A stretch of 64,000 bases of DNA from a virus, in IMG/VR virus record IMGVR_UViG_3300020473_000016; one strand, given 5' to 3'. The position numbers and the translations under genes are program-made. Below are positions 1 through 8,898 of this stretch, piece by piece. Numbering within the stretch: the stretch's first letter is position 1; each line of letters opens with the position of its first letter. A model generated the notes under the pieces. That model saw only the letters and a list, made by a program, of their open reading frames with translations. It did no database searches and had not been told where the DNA came from.

Positions 1-1224
1 AATCGTAACTGGTTTCAAAGAAGACAAGATGCTACTAGAACCTGGATGTATGATTGGAAAGAAAATCTAGGCGATAGATATGAAGAGGGTAAGAGGATCC
101 GAGCAGAAAACAGAGAAGAAGCAAAACTGGAAGCATTACAGAAAGCACAAGCAGCAGCACTGAAACCAGTTGGTCCTAGTTCTCAAGGATCAATAAGATA
201 TCCTGCTGATACTATTGAATCAGAATCTGATTATGTACTCTTTAACTTTTATAGATACACTCCTCCATTTAAAACTGGTGGATCAAATACTACCAAATTA
301 GGTGGAAACTTTCAGTTCAATTGGGGAGGTGGAGGTCAGGAAGAAAAAATAGCAGAACTTGCTGCTGCCGAAAACTCTAATACAACCCCACAACAATTAC
401 TGAATCAATATAATAAATCTGCTATGTATTCTAGGGAAGAAGTATTAAGTCCCATAATGTTATACATGCCAGAAGATGTATCAACTTCTTTCAAAGCAAA
501 CTGGACTGGTAAAGCATTTAGTAACCTAGCAAGAGATGCTATGCAAGCAGCATCTGCTCAAGGTTGGGGTAAACTAACAGCTGCTGGTGATACGTTAAAC
601 AATGCTGTTAGAAATGCTGTACCATTAACAGGAGCAGCTGCAATAAGAACAGCAACACAAAAAATTACTGGAGATAGTTTATCAAACGATGATGTTTTTG
701 GAGCAATCAGTGGAGTTATCTTAAATCCAAATGCAGAAATGTTATTTGGTGGTATGGAATTTAGAAACTTCTCTTTAAATTATAAAATGGTTCCACGTAA
801 TCCAACAGAAGCAAGAAACATAAAAAATATTATAAAGACATTCAAGACAGCAATGTTACCATCCCATAGTACTGCTGGTAATGCTAAGATATTTGGTACT
901 GATACATCTATGGTATTTGATGAGAAAGCAGGATGGGACTTTACAGGATTCCTTAGTGCAATGAGGAATAATATGAACAGCATAGATAATGCATTCATTG
1001 CTGTTCCTAATCTATGTCTTGTAAGTTTTATGAGTGGTAGTGGTTTGAATCAAAATGTACCACAGTATAAGATGTGTGCTATAACTAATGTAGATGCTAA
1101 CTACACACCAGATGGTACATGGGCTACTTATGATGATGGAACACCAGTTGCTACAACATTAAATATATCATTCCAAGAAACAAAACTTATATTTGCAGAG
1201 GAAGTTGCAGGAGGAACATTCTAA
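1..1224 (+). CDS. gp48: Baseplate tail-tube cap, T4 gp48-like (5'-truncated; frame open from base 1)
   Basis: Motif NPNAEMLFGGMEFRNFSLNYKMVPRN and C-terminal TTLNISFQETKL typical of gp48/gp54 family; directly upstream of gp53; bases 1-45 are in frame with no stop. Confidence 0.8.
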   Translation, partial: NRNWFQRRQDATRTWMYDWKENLGDRYEEGKRIRAENREEAKLEALQKAQAAALKPVGPSSQGSIRYPADTIESESDYVLFNFYRYTPPFKTGGSNTTKLGGNFQFNWGGGGQEEKIAELAAAENSNTTPQQLLNQYNKSAMYSREEVLSPIMLYMPEDVSTSFKANWTGKAFSNLARDAMQAASAQGWGKLTAAGDTLNNAVRNAVPLTGAAAIRTATQKITGDSLSNDDVFGAISGVILNPNAEMLFGGMEFRNFSLNYKMVPRNPTEARNIKNIIKTFKTAMLPSHSTAGNAKIFGTDTSMVFDEKAGWDFTGFLSAMRNNMNSIDNAFIAVPNLCLVSFMSGSGLNQNVPQYKMCAITNVDANYTPDGTWATYDDGTPVATTLNISFQETKLIFAEEVAGGTF

Positions 1225-1226
1225 TC

Positions 1227-1865
1227 ATGTACTTCACAAATCTACCAAACATAAGATACAACGACAAACCTATCAGTTATCCTTACTCAGATGCTGATAA
1301 AGTTATCGTAAAAAATCTTTTCAGAAGATATAAAATAGATGATAACTTGTTCTCTTATGGTGTTTTCTTTAAGAAATATACTATAAAAGATGGAGATAGA
1401 CCTGATACATTAGCTAACCAAGCATACGGTGATCCATTTTTTGATTGGGTAATATTACTAACAAATAATATGGTCAACGTACAATATGATTGGCCAATGA
1501 CTAACTATGAAATCTATAAAACATTAGAGAGTGAGTATGATGATCCATATAATGAGATACATCACTACGAAATCTTAGAAGATTATGATAGGTATAAGAA
1601 AGGTACTTGGGTAGACAAAAACTTTTATGATTCTACACATAAGTTCTACAATAAAGATACTGGTACTTATATAAACAAAGCAGGTAATACTATAGCAACA
1701 TCAATTCCTGTTGCAGAACACTTTACGAAAGAGAATTTAAAGAAGAGAGAAATATACTTATTAAAACCTAGATACTTCAACAAATTTGTAGAAGACTTTA
1801 AAAAGCAGAACAAGTATAAGAAATCATCTAATTATATTTCAACTACACTAAAGAGTACTAGCTAG
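1227..1865 (+). CDS. gp53: Baseplate wedge subunit, T4 gp53-like
   Basis: MYF..LPNI start and LysM-like YTIKDGDRPDTLANQAYGDPFFDWVILLTNN..WP motif. Confidence 0.9.
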   Translation: MYFTNLPNIRYNDKPISYPYSDADKVIVKNLFRRYKIDDNLFSYGVFFKKYTIKDGDRPDTLANQAYGDPFFDWVILLTNNMVNVQYDWPMTNYEIYKTLESEYDDPYNEIHHYEILEDYDRYKKGTWVDKNFYDSTHKFYNKDTGTYINKAGNTIATSIPVAEHFTKENLKKREIYLLKPRYFNKFVEDFKKQNKYKKSSNYISTTLKSTS

Positions 1866-1876
1866 ACTTTTTGGGC

Positions 1877-1908
1877 AAAAAAATACCCCGAAAATTTTTC
1901 GGGGTTTT
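1877..1908. terminator. Bidirectional intrinsic terminator between convergent operons
   Basis: ACCCCGAAAA-T-TTTTCGGGGT hairpin flanked by A-run and T-run, between two stop codons. Confidence 0.75.
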
Positions 1909-1918
1909 AAGGAACTGA

Positions 1919-2458
1919 TTAACAGTTTTTGCTGAGGTCTTCTGCCATGCTCCCACCAATTTCTGCACCTTGATCCATTCCGATCATCGTAGCTGCACCA
2001 GCAAGAACCCAACCGACATAAGGAATAGAGGCGACACCAGTAGTAGCAACAGCACCACCGAGGCTACCCCCAACGATTCTTCCTGTTCCTTCTCCTGATC
2101 CGATTGCTTTGATACATGCTTCTGATTTACCAGATTCGATTGGGTTGTGAAACTTTGCCTGATCACGGAGTTTTGAATCAACAGGTACTTCTTTAACGAC
2201 ACTTTTAGTTTCGTTAGCGAATCCCAGAAAGCCACCTTTCTCCTTCACCTCCTCAGTTATCACAACAGTCTTAGGATCATTTGCTCTGTATTCTATTTCA
2301 TATCCATCCATTGAAACCTTTGCCTTGTAAGAAGTGTACTCACTTACAGGTAGATTTAATGATGGCATTTTACTGGGACGATTGGATAACATACCAATCA
2401 TACCAATATGGGACACCCCTAAGAGTGTCCCTAAACTTATACTAATCCATTTATTCAT
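1919..2458 (-). CDS. Hypothetical protein with N-terminal hydrophobic segment and C-terminal glycine zipper
   Basis: Likely start MNKWISISLG at 2458 (upstream extension is a shadow of the next ORF); GxxxG repeats GRIVGGSLGGAV..GAEIGG. Confidence 0.65.
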   Translation of the reverse strand: MNKWISISLGTLLGVSHIGMIGMLSNRPSKMPSLNLPVSEYTSYKAKVSMDGYEIEYRANDPKTVVITEEVKEKGGFLGFANETKSVVKEVPVDSKLRDQAKFHNPIESGKSEACIKAIGSGEGTGRIVGGSLGGAVATTGVASIPYVGWVLAGAATMIGMDQGAEIGGSMAEDLSKNC

Positions 2459-2645
2459 ATTGATTTCTCTCATCTGGGGGAATTTCATCCTTTTTCTCAT
2501 CCTTTTCAGGGTATATTCTTTTATCATCTGATTCATATGGTGGTTGCACAGATGTAATAAAAGTACTAAGGTCTGGTGGTGCAGTACCACTAACAACAGC
2601 AGAACCAGTAGCAACAATACCCAACGTGAGTGTTGTTGCAATCAT
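2451..2645 (-). CDS. Small hypothetical protein with N-terminal hydrophobic segment
   Basis: MIATTLTLGIVATG..; follows a sigma70-like promoter; short overlap with next gene. Confidence 0.5.
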   Translation of the reverse strand: MIATTLTLGIVATGSAVVSGTAPPDLSTFITSVQPPYESDDKRIYPEKDEKKDEIPPDERNQYE

Positions 2646-2703
2646 CGTGGCTTCTGCCAACTGTAAAAGTTCAACTAACACTGGTCTTTTAATTACTATA
2701 CAA

Positions 2704-2738
2704 AGTATAGCATGAGAAAGGGGGGTGTGTCTACCCCC
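2704..2738 (-). promoter_or_regulatory. Sigma70-like promoter overlapping a terminator hairpin
   Basis: TAGACA-18-TATACT; the -35 sits in the loop region of the hairpin GGGGGT-agacac-ACCCCC followed by TTT. Confidence 0.55.
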
Positions 2739-2747
2739 TGTGCCACT

Positions 2748-2933
2748 TTAATAATCGTCATCCTTACTCTCAATGTATTCTTTGTTCCGTTTGCAAACAC
2801 CATGCACATCTATTTCTTGATGAAGATGTGCCATAGTATGCAGTGCTTCTATACCACCGAAGCATATTATTAACATCATTGGTAGCATCCATAATGGATG
2901 ACTTGCTACTTCTCCTGTGGTTCTTTTAGACAT
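2748..2933 (-). CDS. Small hypothetical membrane protein
   Basis: One hydrophobic helix LWMLPMMLIICFGGI; compact spacing in operon. Confidence 0.6.
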   Translation of the reverse strand: MSKRTTGEVASHPLWMLPMMLIICFGGIEALHTMAHLHQEIDVHGVCKRNKEYIESKDDDY

Positions 2934-3607
2934 GGTAGATCAAAAAGTACTGTGTTTATGTATTCATCAGCCCATTCTTTATCAAATAACTTCTCTAGTA
3001 TACCACGAGTCTTGTCGTTCTTCTTCTGTTGGTTACAATAATATACCTGATCATCATACCTCTTCATAGTATCAACCCACACATCATCCTTCAATGTATG
3101 ATGTATATCATTAGAGAATACATTAAGATAGTTCATAACAATACAATAGAAATTTGCTATCTCTATGCTCTTACTAATACGCATGAACTTACAGTAAGGT
3201 GAGAAGATTTCGTCTGCCCACAATGGTAGCGGCCTTCTCTCACTAAATGTAAAGTTGTTACTGATCTCTCTTATCTGACTGTAGAATCTATCATCTACAC
3301 CATGAACAGGAGACACATCAACGATAGCAGCAGTGATTGACTTGTCAGTAGCAACTATATCACATCCAAAGATAGGTAGATTGTAATGTGGATCAGGATA
3401 GAATATAGAATGTAGTATCTTCAATCCATTTAGATCTGCTATCTCAACATGCATCTTCCTGAGTGAAGGACACTGATACATCTTGTTTGTAATGATCAAG
3501 TCATCCTTCTTCACTTCAGGAAATGGACTCTCTAATGATTTGACATCAGGAAAACTCTCCATCACCTGAGTGATTGTAAATGATAGATCGTCTACAATGT
3601 CACGCAT
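2906..3607 (-). CDS. pcyA: Phycocyanobilin:ferredoxin oxidoreductase
   Basis: LRKMHVEIA..LHSIFYPDPHYNLPIFGCDIV, AAIVDVSP, NQQKKNDKTRGILEKLF motifs of PcyA. Confidence 0.88.
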   Translation of the reverse strand: MRDIVDDLSFTITQVMESFPDVKSLESPFPEVKKDDLIITNKMYQCPSLRKMHVEIADLNGLKILHSIFYPDPHYNLPIFGCDIVATDKSITAAIVDVSPVHGVDDRFYSQIREISNNFTFSERRPLPLWADEIFSPYCKFMRISKSIEIANFYCIVMNYLNVFSNDIHHTLKDDVWVDTMKRYDDQVYYCNQQKKNDKTRGILEKLFDKEWADEYINTVLFDLPCLKEPQEK

Positions 3608-4271
3608 AACTGAAAAAGAACTCCCTGATTAATTTTTCTGACTCTTCCTTACCAAATGCATTGGATAAGTATCCTGAGATAGGATCAAGTCTTATCATAT
3701 ACTTATCAAAATCATGATACAAACTTGTATCCATACCAGTAGGTTTTGCTTTCTCTATCATCTCTTTATAAAGTGACAAATAATATTTGAATGTTGGTAT
3801 ATATGTATCAACCTGTGACATTTCACAGTACCTTACAAATATATTATTAGAGAAGTGATTACCTGGTTCAAAGAAACGATATGTTTCTTCTGTCTTAGGT
3901 AATGGTGGTACATCTAATAGATAATTTTCTACTGGATGTTGGAAATCAAATACTATGATAACTTTCTTCTCAAAGAAACCCATAAGATCCATCCCAAAAC
4001 AAGGAAGGTTAGCCCCTGTCTTAGGATAGATCACATTGTTATGGATATTTAATTTGTCATCCCAGATGTCAACATGTCTGGACTTAATAAAATACTGACC
4101 TGAATACAGGTCAGCAGTAAGATGGACATCTCTTTTATTAGTCCAATGAACATGTTGTTTCTCAAACTTCAGGTCAGGAAAAGTCTCAAAGACTACTGAC
4201 CTGTAGTTTTTCCAGAGATCATTACTCCTCTGCGAGTTGTCTGAAGTAGGAGAGTGCATCATCATCTTCAA
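3600..4271 (-). CDS. pebS: Phycoerythrobilin synthase (ferredoxin-dependent bilin reductase)
   Basis: IYPKTGANLPCFGMDLM..KKVIIVFDFQHP, YRFFEPGNHFS.NIFVRYC, LDPISGYL motifs match cyanophage PebS. Confidence 0.9.
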   Translation of the reverse strand: MKMMMHSPTSDNSQRSNDLWKNYRSVVFETFPDLKFEKQHVHWTNKRDVHLTADLYSGQYFIKSRHVDIWDDKLNIHNNVIYPKTGANLPCFGMDLMGFFEKKVIIVFDFQHPVENYLLDVPPLPKTEETYRFFEPGNHFSNNIFVRYCEMSQVDTYIPTFKYYLSLYKEMIEKAKPTGMDTSLYHDFDKYMIRLDPISGYLSNAFGKEESEKLIREFFFSYA

Positions 4272-5121
4272 CTATTGTTTCTTCTTTCACTGGAACATTC
4301 GCACTTACTTTAGCACGAAATGATGAAGGTTCAGGTGCAGCAACTGGTTCAAACTCCTCACTATCTACAGTAGGAACTGGTGCAGGTCTCTTTGCTAAAC
4401 CGAGAACAAGATTCAATCTCTTCTCTAGGTCTTCGTAAGACTTGAACTGATCCTTAGCAACAAATGCTTCTAAGGAATGTTCTTTCTTCCAGATCGTTTC
4501 CAATTCAGTATCATCTGAACTAAGAGCAGACACACTATCAAACTCACTGCTGTCATAGTTCCAGAAACCTGCTACTTTTTTAATCTTCAACTTAAAGTTT
4601 GCACCTTCCCAAAGATCAAACACATTGATAGGTGTCTCATCTTGGAACTCAGGTTGCATTGCTGCAAGAATCTTGTCATGGATCTTCTTACCATACTTAT
4701 ATAAGAATGTTTTGCCCTCGTTCTCAGGGTTCTTAGGATCCTTAACAACTAAGATGTTACTGTAGTAAGATAGCTTACGCTTCTGTCTACGTGCAACCTC
4801 TTTACCTTCCTCTGTTCCAGCGTTCCAATGCTGTCTGTTTACCTCACCAACTGGATCCTTCTCACCTACTGTAGTGAGAGAGTTCTCGATGTACCAACCG
4901 CCAGGCCCTTGAAAGGCATGTGAATAAACCTTTGCCCATGGAACTGTCTCACCATCTGGTGCAGGAAGGAAACGAATAACAGCGTAACCATTACCTGATG
5001 CATCGACTTCAGGTTTCCAGAACCTTTCATCTACCTGCTTACCACTAACTGTTTTCTCTAATTCTTTTTGTAAAAATTCTAAATTATTTCTTGACTTCTT
5101 TTTTAATTGTGCAAATGACAT
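4222..5121 (-). CDS. gp32: Single-stranded DNA-binding protein
   Basis: GNGYAVIRFLPAP, HAFQGPGGWYIENSLTT, FKYGKKI-like motif, acidic tail DDDALSYFRQLAEE. Confidence 0.97.
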   Translation of the reverse strand: MSFAQLKKKSRNNLEFLQKELEKTVSGKQVDERFWKPEVDASGNGYAVIRFLPAPDGETVPWAKVYSHAFQGPGGWYIENSLTTVGEKDPVGEVNRQHWNAGTEEGKEVARRQKRKLSYYSNILVVKDPKNPENEGKTFLYKYGKKIHDKILAAMQPEFQDETPINVFDLWEGANFKLKIKKVAGFWNYDSSEFDSVSALSSDDTELETIWKKEHSLEAFVAKDQFKSYEDLEKRLNLVLGLAKRPAPVPTVDSEEFEPVAAPEPSSFRAKVSANVPVKEETIVEDDDALSYFRQLAEE

Positions 5122-5156
5122 TAAGATTACCTCGTATTTAATCGGATTTGTTTAGG

Positions 5157-5355
5157 GTGGGAGATAGGAATAATGTATACCTACAAGTACAGGGCATTTC
5201 TACATAAGTAAATTTTTACTGTACTGCATGAGTCCTGTCTGGTTAAACAGTTCTGTGTTGCCACAGCGAGCACCACCTCTGACTCATCACCTTAACTAGA
5301 CCATTGCCAGCAAGTTTGTTCAGTCACTCCCATGTGAGGTGATCAACCCCACAAG
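5157..5355 (-). ncRNA. Structured 5' leader RNA resembling the manA RNA motif
   Basis: About 200 nt non-coding; visible pairings ATCACCT/AGGTGAT, GGGAG/CTCCC (long range), CTGTG-GCAA-CACAG (GNRA loop), GTACAG/CTGTAC; segments GAGGTGGTGCTCGCTG and AATGCCC..TTGTAGGTATAC resemble manA as I recall it. Confidence 0.55.
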
Positions 5356-5359
5356 AGAT

Positions 5360-5388
5360 ACTATAACCCAATACTATTTATTTGTCAA
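5360..5388 (-). promoter_or_regulatory. Sigma70-type promoter for the gp32 leader
   Basis: TTGACA-17-TATAGT, with ATAAATA late-like element in the spacer. Confidence 0.8.
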
Positions 5389-5720
5389 CCCTCTTCCAAC
5401 TTCTCTCTCATTATGTTAATCTTCTCTAACAATTCATCAAACATCTTTTCTATCGGTGTGTCTGGGGTAGCACCTAGCATTACTATACCTGCCTTCATAG
5501 ATTCTACAACAGACTTTGCTTCAGGGTCATCACTCAACTGAAGACGAGCATGAAATATCTTTTGCTTCTCAATTAATTTTTCTAATGCCTCAAAGTATTC
5601 TATTTTTCTTTGTGGATCTAGTAATATAAAATTCATAGCAGATCTAAAACAGAACTGCTGTAGTTCTATCATCTCTTGGATGTCTCCACGAACTAACTCT
5701 GACTGAAAGAATTTACTCAT
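5385..5720 (-). CDS. Conserved cyanophage hypothetical protein (DUF1825-like)
   Basis: FFQSELVR..LIEKQKIFHARLQLSDDPEA motif; between gp33 and gp32. Confidence 0.7.
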   Translation of the reverse strand: MSKFFQSELVRGDIQEMIELQQFCFRSAMNFILLDPQRKIEYFEALEKLIEKQKIFHARLQLSDDPEAKSVVESMKAGIVMLGATPDTPIEKMFDELLEKINIMREKLEEG

Positions 5721-5971
5721 ACTAACATCAACTTGGCACGACTTGTTTTTTTAATGAAGTTTAGTTCTTGTGCTTCATAGCGAAGCTTTTCTTTTAAAGG
5801 TTTGCTGATTAACTTACCTACGTTATCTAGTTCAATCTCATTTTCTTCACAGTAGTGGATAACCGAATCAATATAGTTCATGTCTGGATTGTGTAGGGCA
5901 ATCTTCTCCACTTCCTGCGAGAATTTCGCAGCGGTCATAAATTTATCCTCAAGTAATTGTTTTTTATCCAT
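5717..5971 (-). CDS. gp33: Late transcription coactivator
   Basis: NYIDSVIHYCEENEIE..KLISKPLKEKLRYEAQELNF motif. Confidence 0.88.
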   Translation of the reverse strand: MDKKQLLEDKFMTAAKFSQEVEKIALHNPDMNYIDSVIHYCEENEIELDNVGKLISKPLKEKLRYEAQELNFIKKTSRAKLMLV

Positions 5972-6656
5972 ATCGTTGTTGGTACTCGTCGATGTAGTCT
6001 ATGAGTTTAAGAAGATACTCCTTCTTAGGTGGCTTAATTACGACTTGAGTTTCGCCATTCTCACAAGCAACAATAGTTACGAGTTGTTTGACAGTTAGAC
6101 TGTATAATTCTTGCAAGCAACATGCATACGCTGTCTCTTGAAGGAAGTAATCATACATGTATGTTTCCTTCTTAGGTTCAGCAGAAGTTTTAAAATCTAT
6201 TATGGATAACTCTCCATCAAATTCAGCAATACAATCTACACGACCAGCAATCTCAAGATGATTTGAGTACAGTGCTCCTTCCTGTAGATAGATATTATTT
6301 ATTCTATCTAGTACATGCTTACTATTATGAAACATAATGGTAGGCAGAGGATACTTTTTATATTCATCTATGTCTAGTTTATTATTAAAATAATCTTCAA
6401 CTATAGAATGATACTTTGTACCACGAGCAGCAGAACGTGAGGAGATTGCTGCTGCCTTCTCCTTACCTACTCGTGCTCTCCACTTAGCAAGACCTGCTTG
6501 CTTCTTAGCATTGCTACCGATGACAGTGGTGACTGATGGATAGTGTTTACCATCTGGTGTGAGGTAAACTCTCTTACCATCTACCATCTCTGCTTTCATC
6601 TCAAGTGGAAAGCATTTCACCTGATGATTGAATGGTGTGTGAGTACGTGTTGTCAT
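5964..6656 (-). CDS. PD-(D/E)XK exonuclease
   Basis: YPSVTTVI, RGTKYH, AGRVDCIAEFDGELSIIDFKTS, Q..AY motifs. Confidence 0.88.
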   Translation of the reverse strand: MTTRTHTPFNHQVKCFPLEMKAEMVDGKRVYLTPDGKHYPSVTTVIGSNAKKQAGLAKWRARVGKEKAAAISSRSAARGTKYHSIVEDYFNNKLDIDEYKKYPLPTIMFHNSKHVLDRINNIYLQEGALYSNHLEIAGRVDCIAEFDGELSIIDFKTSAEPKKETYMYDYFLQETAYACCLQELYSLTVKQLVTIVACENGETQVVIKPPKKEYLLKLIDYIDEYQQRYG

Positions 6657-7405
6657 AAACCCATATTAATTTTACTAATCAAGTACGACTTAACAAGACC
6701 AGAACGAACGATGTCCTCTATATTAAATTCAATTAAAGAGAACTCAGGCATTGTCTGTAAGATCTTTTGGAAATCTAAGATGCCTGTGCGTTCATTAGTC
6801 TTAACTAAATCTGTCTGAGCAGCATCACCACAGAATACTATCTTACTGTCTTGTCCAACTCTTGTTATTATACTATCAAGTTCATGAAAATTCAAGTTCT
6901 GACACTCATCAACTATAACAATAGCATTATCAAATGTAGTACCACGTATGAATGAGGTAGACCAGAAAGAAATAGTTTCTTGTGCCTTTAGATTATGATA
7001 CAGCATTTCATATGATGCATCATCTGGCATCTCAAACATCGCTTGTACCATCTTCTTGTATGGTACTTGATATAAGAATGACTTATCATCAGCATCACCA
7101 GGTAAGAAACCAATCTCTCTTGATGGTACAAGAGATCGTACAAGGTAAATCTTTTCGTAAGGAGTAGTCTCACTAAGTACATCTTGTAATGCTTTATACA
7201 TTGCAATGAATGTCTTGCCTGTACCTGCTACACCATAAGCATAGATCATTTTACCAGCATCCCACTCATCAAAGAAAATCTTTTGATTATCAGTGAGTGG
7301 TTCAATAGGAAACATTAGTTCCTGATTGATTGGCTTGCGTCTTTTCTTTTGCTTGGCAGTCATACCCTGACCTGGTGCTTTAGTTGTTTTCTTTTTTACT
7401 GGCAT
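6653..7405 (-). CDS. phoH: PhoH-like ATPase
   Basis: GVAGTGKT Walker A, IGFLPG, FIRGTTF, VDECQN, GDAAQTDL. Confidence 0.95.
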   Translation of the reverse strand: MPVKKKTTKAPGQGMTAKQKKRRKPINQELMFPIEPLTDNQKIFFDEWDAGKMIYAYGVAGTGKTFIAMYKALQDVLSETTPYEKIYLVRSLVPSREIGFLPGDADDKSFLYQVPYKKMVQAMFEMPDDASYEMLYHNLKAQETISFWSTSFIRGTTFDNAIVIVDECQNLNFHELDSIITRVGQDSKIVFCGDAAQTDLVKTNERTGILDFQKILQTMPEFSLIEFNIEDIVRSGLVKSYLISKINMGL

Positions 7406-7406
7406 G

Positions 7407-7670
7407 TTAATTATACTTGTCTGTGATACTGCGGTTGTTATACCTTGCTGCTTTAGGTACTATTTTATTCTTCATTATATCACCCCAACCAGGATGTGTC
7501 TTGTTCATTTTATCACGCCACTCACCTACCTCACCAGAACCAGCACATCCTTTTGACCAGTCTTTGTCCCAGTCAGGATTCTCTTCTCTCCACTCATCGT
7601 AGGCTTTCATAGACATCATGAGTTCTTTCTCTTCACCAGTCTTTAAATTTTTTACAGGATATGTTGGCAT
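7407..7670 (-). CDS. FmdB-like small conserved phage protein
   Basis: MPTYPVKNLKTGE start typical of this family; TAATG coupling to thyX stop. Confidence 0.6.
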   Translation of the reverse strand: MPTYPVKNLKTGEEKELMMSMKAYDEWREENPDWDKDWSKGCAGSGEVGEWRDKMNKTHPGWGDIMKNKIVPKAARYNNRSITDKYN

Positions 7671-8305
7671 TATTTCCACTCCAATGCTTTAGATGTAATA
7701 GGAAACTGTTCTATAAAAACATCTCTACATGCGTGAGCAATTTCCATGTGTTCTTTTTGTGTACCGTGTCCAGAACGTAGTTCTATGTAGTGAATCCATG
7801 AACGAACACTACCAGTCATGTATATTCTGGTTGGTGATGCTAATGGGAGAACAAATCTCGCACACTCCTTCGCAATGCCCTCACGTATAAGTTCATTGTA
7901 TAAGTCCATCGCTTCATAGAAATGCCTAGAGATCTGGTTCTTGAGCCTCTTCTGTTGTTCTTCTGGTATGTCATCTATACTATTCTGACGATTCTTACTG
8001 TCCTGACTGCGTAATTCAGGTAAAGGTATACCCATCTTCAACCAGTTCACATCAGCATAACGTTGAGAGAACTCTTGGAATGTAAATGATCTATGCCTTA
8101 GTATCTGTGCAGCAAGACCACGAGTGGTCTCAATTTCCACAGTAAGGTATGCTTGTTCAAAGACGGACCAATGACCGTGCTTTATACAATAACTTAGCAA
8201 ACCAGCCACGTTTGGGTTGTCTTGGTTCTTCGGGTTGCTCACCCTTGCTACGTACCCCATGTGCTTCTCGGCATCTGGAGTCACTGTCACTAGCTTCACG
8301 TTCAT
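7670..8305 (-). CDS. thyX: Flavin-dependent thymidylate synthase
   Basis: RHRSFTFQEFSQRY signature, HWSVFEQA, KECARFVLP, GTQKEH. Confidence 0.96.
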   Translation of the reverse strand: MNVKLVTVTPDAEKHMGYVARVSNPKNQDNPNVAGLLSYCIKHGHWSVFEQAYLTVEIETTRGLAAQILRHRSFTFQEFSQRYADVNWLKMGIPLPELRSQDSKNRQNSIDDIPEEQQKRLKNQISRHFYEAMDLYNELIREGIAKECARFVLPLASPTRIYMTGSVRSWIHYIELRSGHGTQKEHMEIAHACRDVFIEQFPITSKALEWK

Positions 8306-8441
8306 GTTGTTTTTCTTCACGTTTTATACGTTTACGTACCATTTTAGCATACTTTACCTCTTCTTTGGTATAAAGTAGGGGGTTCTGTTTTGCTATCTTA
8401 ATAATTTTCTTTGCTGCCTTCTTGTCTTTCATATTTGCCAT
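8157..8441 (-). CDS. Basic hypothetical protein; 3' part overlaps thyX
   Basis: Lys-rich N-terminal ~50 aa fills the gap before thyX. Confidence 0.45.
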   Translation of the reverse strand: MANMKDKKAAKKIIKIAKQNPLLYTKEEVKYAKMVRKRIKREEKQHEREASDSDSRCREAHGVRSKGEQPEEPRQPKRGWFAKLLYKARSLVRL

Positions 8442-8616
8442 AGTAGGCTTTGAAGTAACCTACTACTCCATTCGATGTGACCTGTTTGTTACACCATTCG
8501 TCAGCACACATGTAGATATACCTGGTTGGGAAAGAGCTGCTATAATTACTGAGTAATAATTTCAGAACATGCTCTCGAAGATGAAGCAGTTCATCGCCTT
8601 CTAATTTCTGTGCCAT
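8398..8616 (-). CDS. Hypothetical protein
   Basis: 72 aa ORF downstream of a TTGCAA-17-TAACCT promoter-like element. Confidence 0.55.
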   Translation of the reverse strand: MAQKLEGDELLHLREHVLKLLLSNYSSSFPTRYIYMCADEWCNKQVTSNGVVGYFKAYYGKYERQEGSKENY

Positions 8617-8668
8617 GATGGGTAATCATACTTATTATATAGGTTAGCATAGTGACTCGACTTTTGCA

Positions 8669-8702
8669 ACAAAAAAATCCTGGAAAAATTTTTCCAGGAT
8701 TT
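8669..8702 (-). terminator. Intrinsic terminator after DUF4278 gene
   Basis: AATCCTGGAAAAA-TTTTTCCAGGATT palindrome followed by T-run on minus strand. Confidence 0.75.
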
Positions 8703-8727
8703 ATGAAACCACTATGTGATTTTTGAA

Positions 8728-8868
8728 TCAGCTCTTGGAAGCGAACTTGCGTTTCACTTTAAGACCACGATACATTAGATCATGGTTTCTTTGTTGAGCT
8801 TCTGCTCGTACCATTTGACGGTACGCTTCAGAGTCGTACTCGACTCCACGATAAGTGACTTTTGCCAT
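8728..8868 (-). CDS. DUF4278-family peptide, 46 aa (absent from ORF track)
   Basis: Translated by hand: MAKVTYRGVEYDSEAYRQMVRAEAQQRNHDLMYRGLKVKRKFASKS; two YRG repeats; SD GGAG upstream. Confidence 0.8.
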   Translation of the reverse strand: MAKVTYRGVEYDSEAYRQMVRAEAQQRNHDLMYRGLKVKRKFASKS

Positions 8869-8898
8869 TGGCTTTCTCCAAAGGTAGGGTGGATTAAA

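Noticed and set aside
1919-2641. 240 aa version of the glycine-zipper ORF
   Set aside because: The N-terminal 61 aa is an out-of-frame read of the neighbouring gene; start at 2458 is more plausible
8157-8320. Long overlap of the upstream basic ORF with thyX as functional dual coding
   Set aside because: The overlapping tail looks like chance read-through with no recognisable motif
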